Below, piece by piece: positions 1-8,992 of a DNA stretch of 45,026 bases. Below the pieces are notes generated by a model that made no database searches, had not been told where the DNA came from, and worked only from the letters and a program-made list of their open reading frames with translations. The stretch's first letter is position 1, and the number at the start of each line of letters is the position of its first letter. The position numbers and the translations under genes are program-made. The stretch is from contig CAVFGM010000017.1 of the NCBI GenBank assembly GCA_963621955.1, forward strand, positions 1 through 45,026. Direction: 5' to 3'. The stretch is from Bacteroidaceae bacterium (GTDB lineage Bacteria > Bacillota > Clostridia > Oscillospirales > Oscillospiraceae).

Positions 1-268
1 GCTCTATCGCGCCGCGTGCGCCGAGGTAGGAGCCGCCTATGCCGATGACGACCAGTGCCTTTGAGCGGCTGCGTATCTTCTCCGCGGCGGCGACTATGCG
101 CTCAAGCTCAGTCTCCTTTATGCGGCGTGGCAGTTCCACCCAGCCGGTGAAGTCATTGCCGAGACCGCTTTTGTCGGCAAGCGTCTTGTGCGCGAGCGCG
201 GCAAGCTCATAATCGGGGCCTGCTGCGGTAAAGAATCCGGCAGCGCCGGTGAGATCAACTTTAACCAT
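1..268 (-). CDS. pgi: glucose-6-phosphate isomerase, N-terminal part (gene runs off the left edge)
   Basis: Absent from the ORF track because it has no stop in the window. Translation from the ATG (complement of 266-268) reads MVKVDLTGAAGFFTAAGPDYELAALAHKTLADKSGLGNDFTGWVELPRRIKETELERIVAAAEKIRSRSKALVVIGIGGSYLGARGAIE. The GW..LP and VVIGIGGSYLGAR blocks are typical of the PGI N-terminus. AGGAGG RBS at complement of 274-279. Confidence 0.8.
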   Translation of the reverse strand, partial: MVKVDLTGAAGFFTAAGPDYELAALAHKTLADKSGLGNDFTGWVELPRRIKETELERIVAAAEKIRSRSKALVVIGIGGSYLGARGAIE

Positions 269-326
269 AATAGCCTCCTGACGGTATATGTATCGTAGTG
301 GTGAAACGGTTTACCCGCAAACACTA

Positions 327-860
327 TTATATACTATCTTCCGCGGATTTCAACTGTATATTTCTCCTGCACACCCCGCGGAAAATCAACCTCGTCAGCG
401 GCCCCGCAGCGAAGAGGTTCCACAGAAGCGCCATCGGGAAGTTCTTCAGCACTGTCCCTACCCATATTGCCGGCAGCTGCGTAAACGGCGCACCGCCGAG
501 ACAGATGTTGAAGAGTATGCTGGCGACAAGGCTCATTGTCGGGCACATTATGAGCACTGTGCACCCGGATATCATCAGCGTTATAAAGAACGGATTATCT
601 TTCTCCGGGCGGATGATCCGCGACGCGAGCGCATGCCCGACGCGGTTGCCCCAGAGGTTTGAGAAGATGAAAACGAATATCCACATAAATGCTGCTTCCT
701 TGAGCGCATCGGGGAAGACGGCATTTGTCATATTGCTCAGCCCTCCGGGCATGGCGTTATAGCCCATCTTAAAGGCAACGTTGTATACCTCCATGCCAAG
801 CGCCATCAGCACTGACATGAGTATTCCGAAGAATATTTTTTCTCCCTTTGTATTCGGCAT
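327..860 (-). CDS. DUF2798-like small integral membrane protein
   Basis: 177-aa ORF with two similar hydrophobic halves (FGILMSVLMALGMEVYNV / LIMCPTMSLVASILFNI, ending LWNLFAAGPLTRLIF). It resembles DUF2798 proteins as I remember them. Its start lies 1 nt after the MFS stop. Confidence 0.55.
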   Translation of the reverse strand: MPNTKGEKIFFGILMSVLMALGMEVYNVAFKMGYNAMPGGLSNMTNAVFPDALKEAAFMWIFVFIFSNLWGNRVGHALASRIIRPEKDNPFFITLMISGCTVLIMCPTMSLVASILFNICLGGAPFTQLPAIWVGTVLKNFPMALLWNLFAAGPLTRLIFRGVCRRNIQLKSAEDSI

Positions 861-861
861 T

Positions 862-2061
862 TCACTTCACCTCATTCTGCTGCGCCTGACGCAGGGAGTA
901 TGACAGGGACGACGGGTCGTGCCTGCCCCAGAAAACGTACATCAGCACCGAGATTATGTTCGCCGCCGAGAGCACAAGGAACATGTTCTCGTATCCCGCC
1001 GCCGTGATGAGCCAACCGGCAATGCCGCCGCCGAGACCTATGCCGATGTCATATGCGCAGAGGAACGTGGAGTTAGCCGAGCCGCGCTCCGCGGGCGAGG
1101 ATGAGTGTACCGCCATCGACTGCAAGGCCGGCTCAAGCCCGCCGAAGCCGTAGCCCGCGAGGATCGCCGCGAGTATGAACGTCACATTGTTCGGCGCGAG
1201 CGAGAGCAGCAGAAAGGCCGCGAACATCGCCGCGTTGCAGGAGTAGACGAACATAGCCTCGCCCTTTCTGTCGGCGTACTTGCCGAGGGTGAAGCGGACA
1301 ATCAGCAGCATGACCGCCATTATCGCGAAGAACAGCCCACCCGAGGGGAGTGCCTTTTCGGCGGCATATTTCGCAAGGAAGTTCTCCAGCGCGCCGAAAG
1401 TCAGCATGAACACCAGTGCGATCGCCGACGCCGGTACTGCCGACTTTGAAAACAGCGCCTTGATATTCAGCGGGTGCGGCGTTGCCTCAACGGGCTTGAG
1501 CCTGAGCAGCAGGAACAGAATGACCGCAATGACTATCGAGCCCGCGGCGCAGAGGAAGAGCACCGTGTAGCTGAAGCTGTTCATCAGATAAAGGCCGAGC
1601 GCCGGAGCGCAGGAGGTCGCAAGCGCCGTCGCCATGCCGAACATCCCCATGCCCTCGGAGAAGCGGGAGCGGGGGATGACGTCGGAGGCGATCGTCGCCG
1701 TCGAGGTGTTCGACAGCGCGAGCGCCGCGCCGTGCACCATCCTGAACACGAAGGCGAGGAAGATCACCGACGCGGCCATATAGCCCAGCGGCATCAGAAT
1801 CATCCCGCACAGTCCTATCGCAAGGATCGTCCTGCGCTTTCCGTTGTCGAGCATCCAGCCGACGAACGGGCGGCAGAGCACCGCGACGAACGAAAACAGC
1901 GTCGCCGCAAGCCCAGCCAGCGCTTCGCTGCCGCCGAGGCTCTCGATGTAAAACGGGAATGTCGACAGCAGCATGATGTGGTTCATAAACACGAGAAAGT
2001 TGATAACGATGATGAGCACGAAATTCCGGCTCCAGAGCTTTTCTGATTTTTCCATTTCCAA
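862..2061 (-). CDS. MFS transporter
   Basis: 399 aa with about 12 hydrophobic spans. MFS motif-A-like GWMLDNGKRR lies between TM2 and TM3. Confidence 0.8.
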   Translation of the reverse strand: MEMEKSEKLWSRNFVLIIVINFLVFMNHIMLLSTFPFYIESLGGSEALAGLAATLFSFVAVLCRPFVGWMLDNGKRRTILAIGLCGMILMPLGYMAASVIFLAFVFRMVHGAALALSNTSTATIASDVIPRSRFSEGMGMFGMATALATSCAPALGLYLMNSFSYTVLFLCAAGSIVIAVILFLLLRLKPVEATPHPLNIKALFSKSAVPASAIALVFMLTFGALENFLAKYAAEKALPSGGLFFAIMAVMLLIVRFTLGKYADRKGEAMFVYSCNAAMFAAFLLLSLAPNNVTFILAAILAGYGFGGLEPALQSMAVHSSSPAERGSANSTFLCAYDIGIGLGGGIAGWLITAAGYENMFLVLSAANIISVLMYVFWGRHDPSSLSYSLRQAQQNEVK

Positions 2062-2213
2062 TATCTCCTGACTTAATATAAAAGGACAGCAAAAAACAAC
2101 GGGCAGCTGACAACCGGAATTACGCTGTCAGCTACTCGTTGTTGTGTTTATTGTATCAGATCATGCCGCCAAAAGTCAAAGGACAATTTGACAAAATCGC
2201 CGCGGGAACGGAA

Positions 2214-3125
2214 TCATTTTATATACCGTTTTATGAACCCGTCTAACTTCTCCGCATAGCCATCGGGGTCGACGTGCATGCTCTCCACGTGCCGCGCACC
2301 GGGGACGAACAGGCAGTCCTTCTCCGTCGGGCAGAGCTTGTACAGCTCCTCGCCCATGTAAAACGGCACCGTCCTGTCCTCCGTCCCGTGAAAGAACAGC
2401 ACCGGCTTGTCCGTGCGTTTAAGGTTCTCGCGCACGTCGGTGTCGTCCATGTCGTAGCCGGATATCACGCGGTTCAGAAGCCGGAAGAGCTGGTACGCCG
2501 CGCCGATCCTGCCTCGCAGTATCTCCGCGCCGCTGGTGTAGCCGCTGTCGGAGACGATGAACTTCACCTGCTCCGGGCAGCTGTCGCTGACCTTCAGCAC
2601 CGTCGCCCCGCCCATCGAAAAGCCGTGGAGGATGATCTGTATATCCGTGCCGAAGCGTTTCAGCAGCACATCGAGCCAGAGCTTCACATCCCTGCTCTCG
2701 AAGATGTCGTAGCCGTAGCGCCGCCCGCCGCTCTCACCGGCAGCCGTGAGGTCACAGGTGAACAGGTCAAAGCCGCGGCTCATGTAGTAGTCGTAGTACA
2801 TCCCCGCCGTCTCAAGATGCTCCGAGCGGTAGCCGTGGACGATAAAGGCGATGCGCCCGCAGGGCGCGCCGGAGCAGGGGTAGTAATAGCCCTCAAGCGT
2901 GTCGCCGCGGTCGTTTGTCAGCTCAAGGCGGATGCACCTGCACCGGCGCAGCCGCTCGGCGTCCCCGTCGCGATGGATGTAATAATCCTCCTTGTGCCCG
3001 CGCGGCTCATGCAGCCGCCCGATTATCCCGGAATTGCGGCAGAAAATATAACGGTAAACCTCGCCCGCCGCGAATGCGGCAGCGGCGGCGCCTGTGAGCG
3101 CCGCGATCCTTCCCGCGCGCCTCAT
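2214..3125 (-). CDS. membrane-anchored alpha/beta hydrolase (serine hydrolase)
   Basis: 303 aa with an N-terminal hydrophobic anchor and a nucleophile elbow HGFSMGG (GxSxG). A late Asp/His is present (GARHVES). The ATG overlaps the permease stop (ATGA at 3122-3125). Confidence 0.7.
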   Translation of the reverse strand: MRRAGRIAALTGAAAAAFAAGEVYRYIFCRNSGIIGRLHEPRGHKEDYYIHRDGDAERLRRCRCIRLELTNDRGDTLEGYYYPCSGAPCGRIAFIVHGYRSEHLETAGMYYDYYMSRGFDLFTCDLTAAGESGGRRYGYDIFESRDVKLWLDVLLKRFGTDIQIILHGFSMGGATVLKVSDSCPEQVKFIVSDSGYTSGAEILRGRIGAAYQLFRLLNRVISGYDMDDTDVRENLKRTDKPVLFFHGTEDRTVPFYMGEELYKLCPTEKDCLFVPGARHVESMHVDPDGYAEKLDGFIKRYIK

Positions 3126-4282
3126 GTCACAGGAAGCACGGCGCCGACCGTCGCAAGCAGCGAGCAGCAGGCAATGAGTATCTGGAACGGCAGCGCGCCG
3201 AAGCGCCCGAGCAGTGCCGAGGAGCCGGTGCGCTTGCGCGAGAGGTTATAGGCAAGGATGATGCCCAGCCCCGTCACGACCTGAATGATGCTCGCAAAGC
3301 GCGTGAAGCCGACAAAGCTCGAAAGTCCCATGAACGCGAGTATCAGGCAGGGCGCAGAGGCCGCAAGCCAGCTCAGGCGGGTCGACCAGCCTGTCTGCTC
3401 GCTGACGATGTCGCGCAGGTTCAGGGTGTTCGCCCAGAACGATGTCGCCAGCGCGAGCAGCGTGAACACGTAGCCGACGACGCTGACCCAGCCGCCGAGG
3501 CTTGCCGCGAGGTCGACGAGCGCGCCGTCCTCGGATATGTTTGTCCCCGCGCCGAGGAGCGTCGTTATCGTGATGAAGAGTATGAGCCCGGCATTCACGG
3601 CAAGGCCGGTCATTATCGCGGCGCGGATGCGCTTCGCGTCACCGTTCAGCCCTTTGACGACCTGCGGCGTGGACATGACCGCCGACAGCGAGAACGACAC
3701 CATGCCGAACATTGCAAGCGCGTTATTGAAGCCGCGCCAGCCCGAGGGCAGCGGGCAGGTGTCGCGCATGATCGTCGCGACGAACAGCACCCCGACGACC
3801 GCGACCATCGCACCGACGGAGAACTTCTCGCATATGCCCACAAGCTTCATCCCCACGAACACAACGCCTGCGCCGAGCACGTAGAAGATGAGTATCCCCG
3901 CCCAGTCCGGCAGGCCGAACCATGAGCGGAACACCGCCGCCGCGCCGGTCAGAAAGGCACTGACGTTCACAATGACGGACACGCCGAGCAGTGCAAACGC
4001 CGTCCATGTCAGTACTGTCTTGAGCTTGCCAGCGAAGAGCTCTGACTCAAAGCAGCTCACGAACTGCGCCCCGCCGTTGTTGAGCGAAAGCTCCGCTATC
4101 AGCAGGTGCAGCAGAATGTTGAAAAGGTAGCAGAAACCGATTATCAGCAGTATCTCCCGCAGGCTATTGTGCGCCGCGAGGTACGGCACGGAGAGTATGC
4201 CCGCGCCGACGCCGTGGCCGACGATGATGCTGGTCGCTTCAAGGAAGCTCAGCGAGGATTCGGACTTGATCTTGTTCATCAT
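3122..4282 (-). CDS. amino-acid permease-like transporter (APC superfamily, Trp_Tyr_perm/Aa_trans-like)
   Basis: 386 aa with about 11 TM segments. The N-terminal IVGHGVGAGILSVPYLAA is typical of aromatic/hydroxy amino-acid permease families. Substrate cannot be called. Confidence 0.6.
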   Translation of the reverse strand: MMNKIKSESSLSFLEATSIIVGHGVGAGILSVPYLAAHNSLREILLIIGFCYLFNILLHLLIAELSLNNGGAQFVSCFESELFAGKLKTVLTWTAFALLGVSVIVNVSAFLTGAAAVFRSWFGLPDWAGILIFYVLGAGVVFVGMKLVGICEKFSVGAMVAVVGVLFVATIMRDTCPLPSGWRGFNNALAMFGMVSFSLSAVMSTPQVVKGLNGDAKRIRAAIMTGLAVNAGLILFITITTLLGAGTNISEDGALVDLAASLGGWVSVVGYVFTLLALATSFWANTLNLRDIVSEQTGWSTRLSWLAASAPCLILAFMGLSSFVGFTRFASIIQVVTGLGIILAYNLSRKRTGSSALLGRFGALPFQILIACCSLLATVGAVLPVT

Positions 4283-4286
4283 GCGC

Positions 4287-5333
4287 CTACTTTCTGTGTT
4301 TTAGTTTTGTGAAAAAGCGGGGAGCCGCCTGCCCCGCCCACGCGACGAAGTGAAAGGCCGCGTAGTTGAGCGTAACGCTGCCGCTGCGCATCACCGCGCA
4401 CAGGAGCTTCACCGCCGCGCCGCCGAATGGCTTTCGGCTGCGCTCGCGCAGCTGCTCATTTGTGATGATGCCGCGGATGACCTCTCTCTTCTCTGCGCGG
4501 GAGAGCCTGCATCCGGGGGAAAACAGCGTCGTCAGGCAGGAAAACACGCTTTTTACGAACATATACCGGAAGTCCGCGTCGTCTGTCGCGCCGAACCTGC
4601 GGCAGAGCTGCTGCGCGCGGATATCGGCCTCAAGGCAGACCTCAAACTTCTTGTCATAGTAGCTGCTTATGAGGCTCTGGCCGGGGTGCATGATGTAGCT
4701 GTACTTGCACTCCGGCAGCACGGCGACGCTCCCTGCGCGCTCGAGGCAGTCGAAGATGAACAGCCTGTCCTCGCCCCAGCGGTAGTCTGGGAACCTGATG
4801 CACCCATCTTTTATCATCGCGGCGCTGAATAGCTTTGCCCATACCTGGTTGAGCAGGTTCGCCTTGTACAGCCGACCGAGGTTTTCACCTAAGGTCAAGG
4901 GATCGAGGTGCTGCTCCGGTTCGCGGTAGGACGCGGTGCTGCCGTCGGTGTTCTTTATCGAGAAGCCCATCAGCACAAGGTCAGCTCCACGCCCCTCAGT
5001 GAGAGCGTATTCCAGCGCGTCACTCTCCAGCAGGTCGTCAGAGTCGGCGAACATTATATACTCCGTGTCTTCGGGTATTGTGTCAAGGGCGAGGTTCCGC
5101 GCCTTGGCAGGGCCGCCGTTCGGGACGGTCATCGGTATGAGCCGCTCATCCTCTGCGCGGAGCCGCTCGAGCACCGCCGCGGTGTCGTCTGTCGACCCGT
5201 CATCCACTACGATGAGGACAAGGTTCGATACCGTCTGGTTCAGGATGCTGCGCACCGACGCCTCGATCGTCGCACCGGAATTGTAGGCCGGCATGATGAC
5301 GGCGGTTTTCGGCATAGTGTTATTCTGCTGCAT
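4287..5333 (-). CDS. family 2 glycosyltransferase
   Basis: GT-A motifs VIMPAYNSG, VVDDGSTD and FADSDD (DxD). Start moved to the ATG at 5331-5333, which has GAGGGGGA 7 nt upstream. The longer track ORF (to 5492) would run through the DUF2461 gene. Confidence 0.8.
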   Translation of the reverse strand: MQQNNTMPKTAVIMPAYNSGATIEASVRSILNQTVSNLVLIVVDDGSTDDTAAVLERLRAEDERLIPMTVPNGGPAKARNLALDTIPEDTEYIMFADSDDLLESDALEYALTEGRGADLVLMGFSIKNTDGSTASYREPEQHLDPLTLGENLGRLYKANLLNQVWAKLFSAAMIKDGCIRFPDYRWGEDRLFIFDCLERAGSVAVLPECKYSYIMHPGQSLISSYYDKKFEVCLEADIRAQQLCRRFGATDDADFRYMFVKSVFSCLTTLFSPGCRLSRAEKREVIRGIITNEQLRERSRKPFGGAAVKLLCAVMRSGSVTLNYAAFHFVAWAGQAAPRFFTKLKHRK

Positions 5334-6027
5334 TGCCTGTCCCCCTCGGCGCGGGCCGTCCGGACTCCGGGCAGGCCCTGTATATCTCCATGAAGTATTC
5401 GTACATCGGCATAAGCTCCGCATAGGCGGAGACGAGTATCTCCGGCAGCTTCTGACTGAAAGCGTCCCCGCCGAGGTCAAAGCTCTTTTCAAGGCCGATG
5501 CGCTTGCGGTTGTACCAGCTGTCTATGATTTCGTCGCCGCGCAGCTTCTTTGGCCGCTTGTATTCCTCGCCGTCGAGCTTATATCCGCGGCGCTTCACGC
5601 CCTCCGCGATGCGGCGGAAGCGCTCGGGGTTCGCGTCGATGCTGCGGCGGAACGCCTCCATCTGCGCAGGCGTGGCGCTGTAAAAGCCCATGCCGTAGCT
5701 GTAATCCGCGGCGCCGATCTCAAACCAGAACATCGGCCCCTCAAGCAGCACCTGACTTGCCTTTATCGAGAACCAGAGATGGTCCTTATACGGCCCGCGG
5801 CCGAAGAGCCGCCGGGCGTCCCGGTAGATGCGCGAGACGTGTACCCGGCAGTCAAGTGCCGGGTAGCGCTGCTCCATGAGCGCGAAGCACTCCACGGCAA
5901 GCTCCTTGAACGGAGCGTTCACATACTCCTCAAATTCATCCTTATGCGCCAGAAACCACGGGCGCTCATTATTAAAGGCAAGCTCCCAAAGAAACTCGCC
6001 GGTCTTTTTGCTGAAGCCCTGAAACAT
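5320..6027 (-). CDS. DUF2461 (TIGR02453) family protein
   Basis: 235 aa. FQGFSKKTGEFLWELAFNNERPWF ... RIYRDARRLFGRGPYKDHLW matches the DUF2461 pattern. Its 3' end overlaps the GT2 start by 14 nt. Confidence 0.7.
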   Translation of the reverse strand: MFQGFSKKTGEFLWELAFNNERPWFLAHKDEFEEYVNAPFKELAVECFALMEQRYPALDCRVHVSRIYRDARRLFGRGPYKDHLWFSIKASQVLLEGPMFWFEIGAADYSYGMGFYSATPAQMEAFRRSIDANPERFRRIAEGVKRRGYKLDGEEYKRPKKLRGDEIIDSWYNRKRIGLEKSFDLGGDAFSQKLPEILVSAYAELMPMYEYFMEIYRACPESGRPAPRGTGNAAE

Positions 6028-6106
6028 ACTGCAGATCCGTCTTTCTAAGATGATTAACTACTCTATTTTAGCACACTTTTTCGGCCATATCAACAGCGCT
6101 GATATC

Positions 6107-6135
6107 TGTACAAGTGCAGGTAAAGATGGTATAAT
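6107..6135 (+). promoter_or_regulatory. candidate sigma-70-type promoter of the trk operon
   Basis: TGTACA (6107-6112), 17-nt spacer, then TATAAT (6130-6135) preceded by TGg. It sits 39 nt upstream of the trkA ATG. GGAGG RBS at 6162-6166. Confidence 0.45.
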
Positions 6136-6174
6136 CCAATTAATTATTGGCATTTTACGGCGGAGGTAAAAGAA

Positions 6175-7536
6175 ATGAAAATTATAATTGCCGGGGCGGG
6201 CAAGATCGGCTTCTCTGTTGCGAGCATCCTTTCCGACGAGGGACACGACATCACCGTTATTGACAACAACCCCGCCGTGATAAATAACCTTTCAAATAAC
6301 CTTGACGTTATATGCGTCGAGGGCAGCGCCGCGAACCCCGAGACGCTGACCGAAGCCGGCGCCGCGGATGCCGATCTCATCATGGCCGCCATGCGCAGCG
6401 ATGAGATGAATATGGTCTGCGGCATTTCCGCGCGCAAGCTCGGCACGAAGCATGTCATCGCACGTATCCGCGATACCGGGTACCTGAAGCAGACGGAGTT
6501 TCTGCGCGAGGCGCTGGGACTCTCCGTCATCGTGAACCCCGAGCTTGAGTGCGCAAAGGAGATATCCCGCATCCTCCGATTCCCGAGCGCCATAAGGGTC
6601 GATGCCTTTTCCAAGGGCAGCGCCGAGATAATCGAGCACCGCATACTGCCGGACAGCAAGCTTGACGGGATGCAACTCAAGGACATGGTCGGCAGCTTCA
6701 GCGCTAAGGTTCTCGTCGGCGTCGTCGAGCGCGGCGGCGAGGCGATCATACCGAACGGCAACTTTACCCTCAAAGCGGGCGACCTCATCAGCGTCACCGG
6801 CGCATCGCAGGAGCTGAGGAAGTTCTTCGTTGCGGCGGGGCAGTACCGCAAGAGAGTCAAGAACACGATGATAATGGGCGGCGGCAGGATCGCCGTCCAC
6901 CTGACGCGGCTCCTGATGGAGTCCGGCATAGCCGTCACGATAGTCGAAGCGGACAGAGCCCGCTGCGAGGAACTGTGCGACCTTGTCCCCGGCGCGCGCA
7001 TCATCTGCGGTGACGCTACGCGCGGGGATATCCTGCTCGAAGAAGGCATCAAGTCCTCCGATGCGTTCGTCGCGCTCACCGGTGACGACGGCGATAATAT
7101 CATCACCTCCATCTACGCAAAGCAGAGCGGCGTCGGCAAGATCGTCGTAAAGGTGAACCGCGAATATTATTCCGATATACTTGCAAGCTCGGGGATCGAC
7201 TGCGTCGTGACGCCCAAGACCCTGATAAGCCAGCAGCTTGCCCGGTACGTGCGCGCAATGAGCAACTCCGTCGGCAGCAGCATGGAGACGCTCTACCGCC
7301 TTGCCGACGGCAAGGTCGAGGCACTGGAGTTCAAGGTGGCGGAGGGCTCGGCCTGCGTCGGCATCCCGCTGAAAACGCTGCGCCTCAAGCCAAACATAAT
7401 CATAAGCGCGCTCGTGCGCGGCAGCAATACGATCATCCCCGACGGCGAGACTGTTATAAAACCCGGCGACCACGCGGTCATCGTGACGCGCGCCGGCCGG
7501 CTCAAGGAGCTTGACTCTATCGTCGAGGGCCGCTGA
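6175..7536 (+). CDS. trkA: Trk potassium uptake system, NAD-binding regulatory subunit TrkA
   Basis: 453 aa. Two Rossmann GxGxxG starts (MKIIIAGAGKIG and MIMGGGRIAV), each followed by an RCK-C-like segment. The stop overlaps the trkH ATG (TGATG). Confidence 0.9.
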   Translation: MKIIIAGAGKIGFSVASILSDEGHDITVIDNNPAVINNLSNNLDVICVEGSAANPETLTEAGAADADLIMAAMRSDEMNMVCGISARKLGTKHVIARIRDTGYLKQTEFLREALGLSVIVNPELECAKEISRILRFPSAIRVDAFSKGSAEIIEHRILPDSKLDGMQLKDMVGSFSAKVLVGVVERGGEAIIPNGNFTLKAGDLISVTGASQELRKFFVAAGQYRKRVKNTMIMGGGRIAVHLTRLLMESGIAVTIVEADRARCEELCDLVPGARIICGDATRGDILLEEGIKSSDAFVALTGDDGDNIITSIYAKQSGVGKIVVKVNREYYSDILASSGIDCVVTPKTLISQQLARYVRAMSNSVGSSMETLYRLADGKVEALEFKVAEGSACVGIPLKTLRLKPNIIISALVRGSNTIIPDGETVIKPGDHAVIVTRAGRLKELDSIVEGR

Positions 7537-8972
7537 TGAACACAAGGATGATAGCCCGCTCGCTGGGGCTTATACTGCTGTGCCTTGCCGTGCTGCTGCT
7601 CCTGCCGCTGATCGCAGGGCTGTACTATGGCGAGAGCGTCCTCGGATTCATCGTCACGATCGGTGTCTCTGCCGCGGCGGCCTTTGTGCTCACGCGCTTT
7701 AAGCCCGAGAGCACGGACATTTCTGCGCGCGAGGGCTTTGTCATCGTCGGCATGGGCTGGATACTGCTCAGCGTCATCGGCGCGCTGCCGTTCGTGATAA
7801 GCGGGGATATCCCGAATTATATAGACGCGCTGTTTGAGACGGCCTCCGGCCTTACAACGACCGGCGCGACGATAATGACCGATGTCGAGGCCATGTCGCG
7901 CGGCGGCATGTTCTGGCGCATGTTCACGCACTGGATAGGCGGTATGGGTGTGCTGGTGTTCATCATGGCGGTCATGCCGATGAACGGCGCGCATTCTATG
8001 CACCTGATGCGTGCGGAGGTTCCGGGGCCGACAGTCGGCAAGCTCGTCCCGCGTGTGCGGCAGACGGCGAGGATACTCTACCTCATATATTTCGCGCTGA
8101 CGATAATTGAGGCGGTGCTGCTCCGCTTCGGCGGCATGAGCAATTATGACGCGCTGCTGTACGCCTTCGCGACTGCCGGCACCGGCGGCTTCTCAACGCG
8201 CGCTGCGAGCATAGCAGCCTTTGACAGCGTTTATATCGAGATGGTCATAGCCGTGTTCATGCTGATCTTCAGCGTGAACTTTAACCTCTATTACCTCATC
8301 CTGCTCGGCAGGATACGCGACGTGCTGCACGATGAGGAGCTGCGCTGCTATCTCGGCATCATCGCTTTCGCAACGGTGACGATAGGCATCAACATCGCCG
8401 ATCAGTACGGCGGCTTTATAAAGGCGCTGCGGTATTCGTTCTTCAATGTCCTGACTATATCAAGCTCCTCCGGCTTCGGTACGGCGGACTTCACGCGCTG
8501 GCCGCAGTATTCGCAGAGCATTATCGTGATCCTCATGCTGATAGGCGCGATGGCCGGCAGCACTGGCGGCGGCATCAAGCTCTCGCGCGTGATGATATTC
8601 ATAAAAACCACGGCCTGCGACTTTATGAAGATCGTGAGCCCCCGCACGGTGAAGCGCGTGGCTATAAACGGGCAGCGTATCGACCGGGACACCGTCCGCG
8701 CGGTCTACGTTTTCTGCGCGCTCTACGCGCTCATGCTCGTGACGGGGACGCTGCTCGTCTCCTTTGACGGCTACGACATGACGACGAGCTTCACGGCGGT
8801 GATCTCGTGCCTGTCGAATATCGGCCCCGGCCTGGGGCTTGTGGGCCCCACGGGGAGCTTTGCAATATTCTCGCCGGTGTCAAAGCTCATTTTCACGTTT
8901 ATCATGCTTGCGGGCAGGCTTGAGTTTTACCCGCTGCTGGCGCTTTTTGTCCCCTCGTTCTGGAAGAAATAA
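7536..8972 (+). CDS. trkH: Trk/Ktr family K+ transporter membrane subunit TrkH (copy 1)
   Basis: 478 aa polytopic protein with four P-loop-like segments: GLTTTGAT, GTGGFS, SSSGFGTAD and SNIGPGLG. Confidence 0.9.
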   Translation: MNTRMIARSLGLILLCLAVLLLLPLIAGLYYGESVLGFIVTIGVSAAAAFVLTRFKPESTDISAREGFVIVGMGWILLSVIGALPFVISGDIPNYIDALFETASGLTTTGATIMTDVEAMSRGGMFWRMFTHWIGGMGVLVFIMAVMPMNGAHSMHLMRAEVPGPTVGKLVPRVRQTARILYLIYFALTIIEAVLLRFGGMSNYDALLYAFATAGTGGFSTRAASIAAFDSVYIEMVIAVFMLIFSVNFNLYYLILLGRIRDVLHDEELRCYLGIIAFATVTIGINIADQYGGFIKALRYSFFNVLTISSSSGFGTADFTRWPQYSQSIIVILMLIGAMAGSTGGGIKLSRVMIFIKTTACDFMKIVSPRTVKRVAINGQRIDRDTVRAVYVFCALYALMLVTGTLLVSFDGYDMTTSFTAVISCLSNIGPGLGLVGPTGSFAIFSPVSKLIFTFIMLAGRLEFYPLLALFVPSFWKK

Positions 8973-8992
8973 AAACATTTCGGAGATAGAGA

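Noticed and set aside
4287-5492. N-terminal extensions of several track ORFs (also 13021-13323, 13690-13893, 13946-14647, 14699-15328, 27446-28009, 29553-30686, 39067-39624)
   Set aside because: In each case an internal ATG with a good Shine-Dalgarno sequence begins the conserved part of the protein (for example MLRTYQPKK for L34, or MKKTLAV...AGC for the lipoprotein). The extension overlaps the upstream gene, a riboswitch or a terminator.
6028-6174. c-di-AMP (ydaO/kimA-type) or other riboswitch upstream of the trk operon
   Set aside because: Only about 25 nt separate the predicted -10 element from the RBS, which is too short for an aptamer. No conserved riboswitch motifs were seen.
6144-7545. 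322-aa and 417-aa minus-strand ORFs opposite trkA
   Set aside because: They are antisense to a clear TrkA gene. Their sequences are rich in R/A/S/P or D/A/L/R and carry no motifs. They are GC-driven shadow ORFs.
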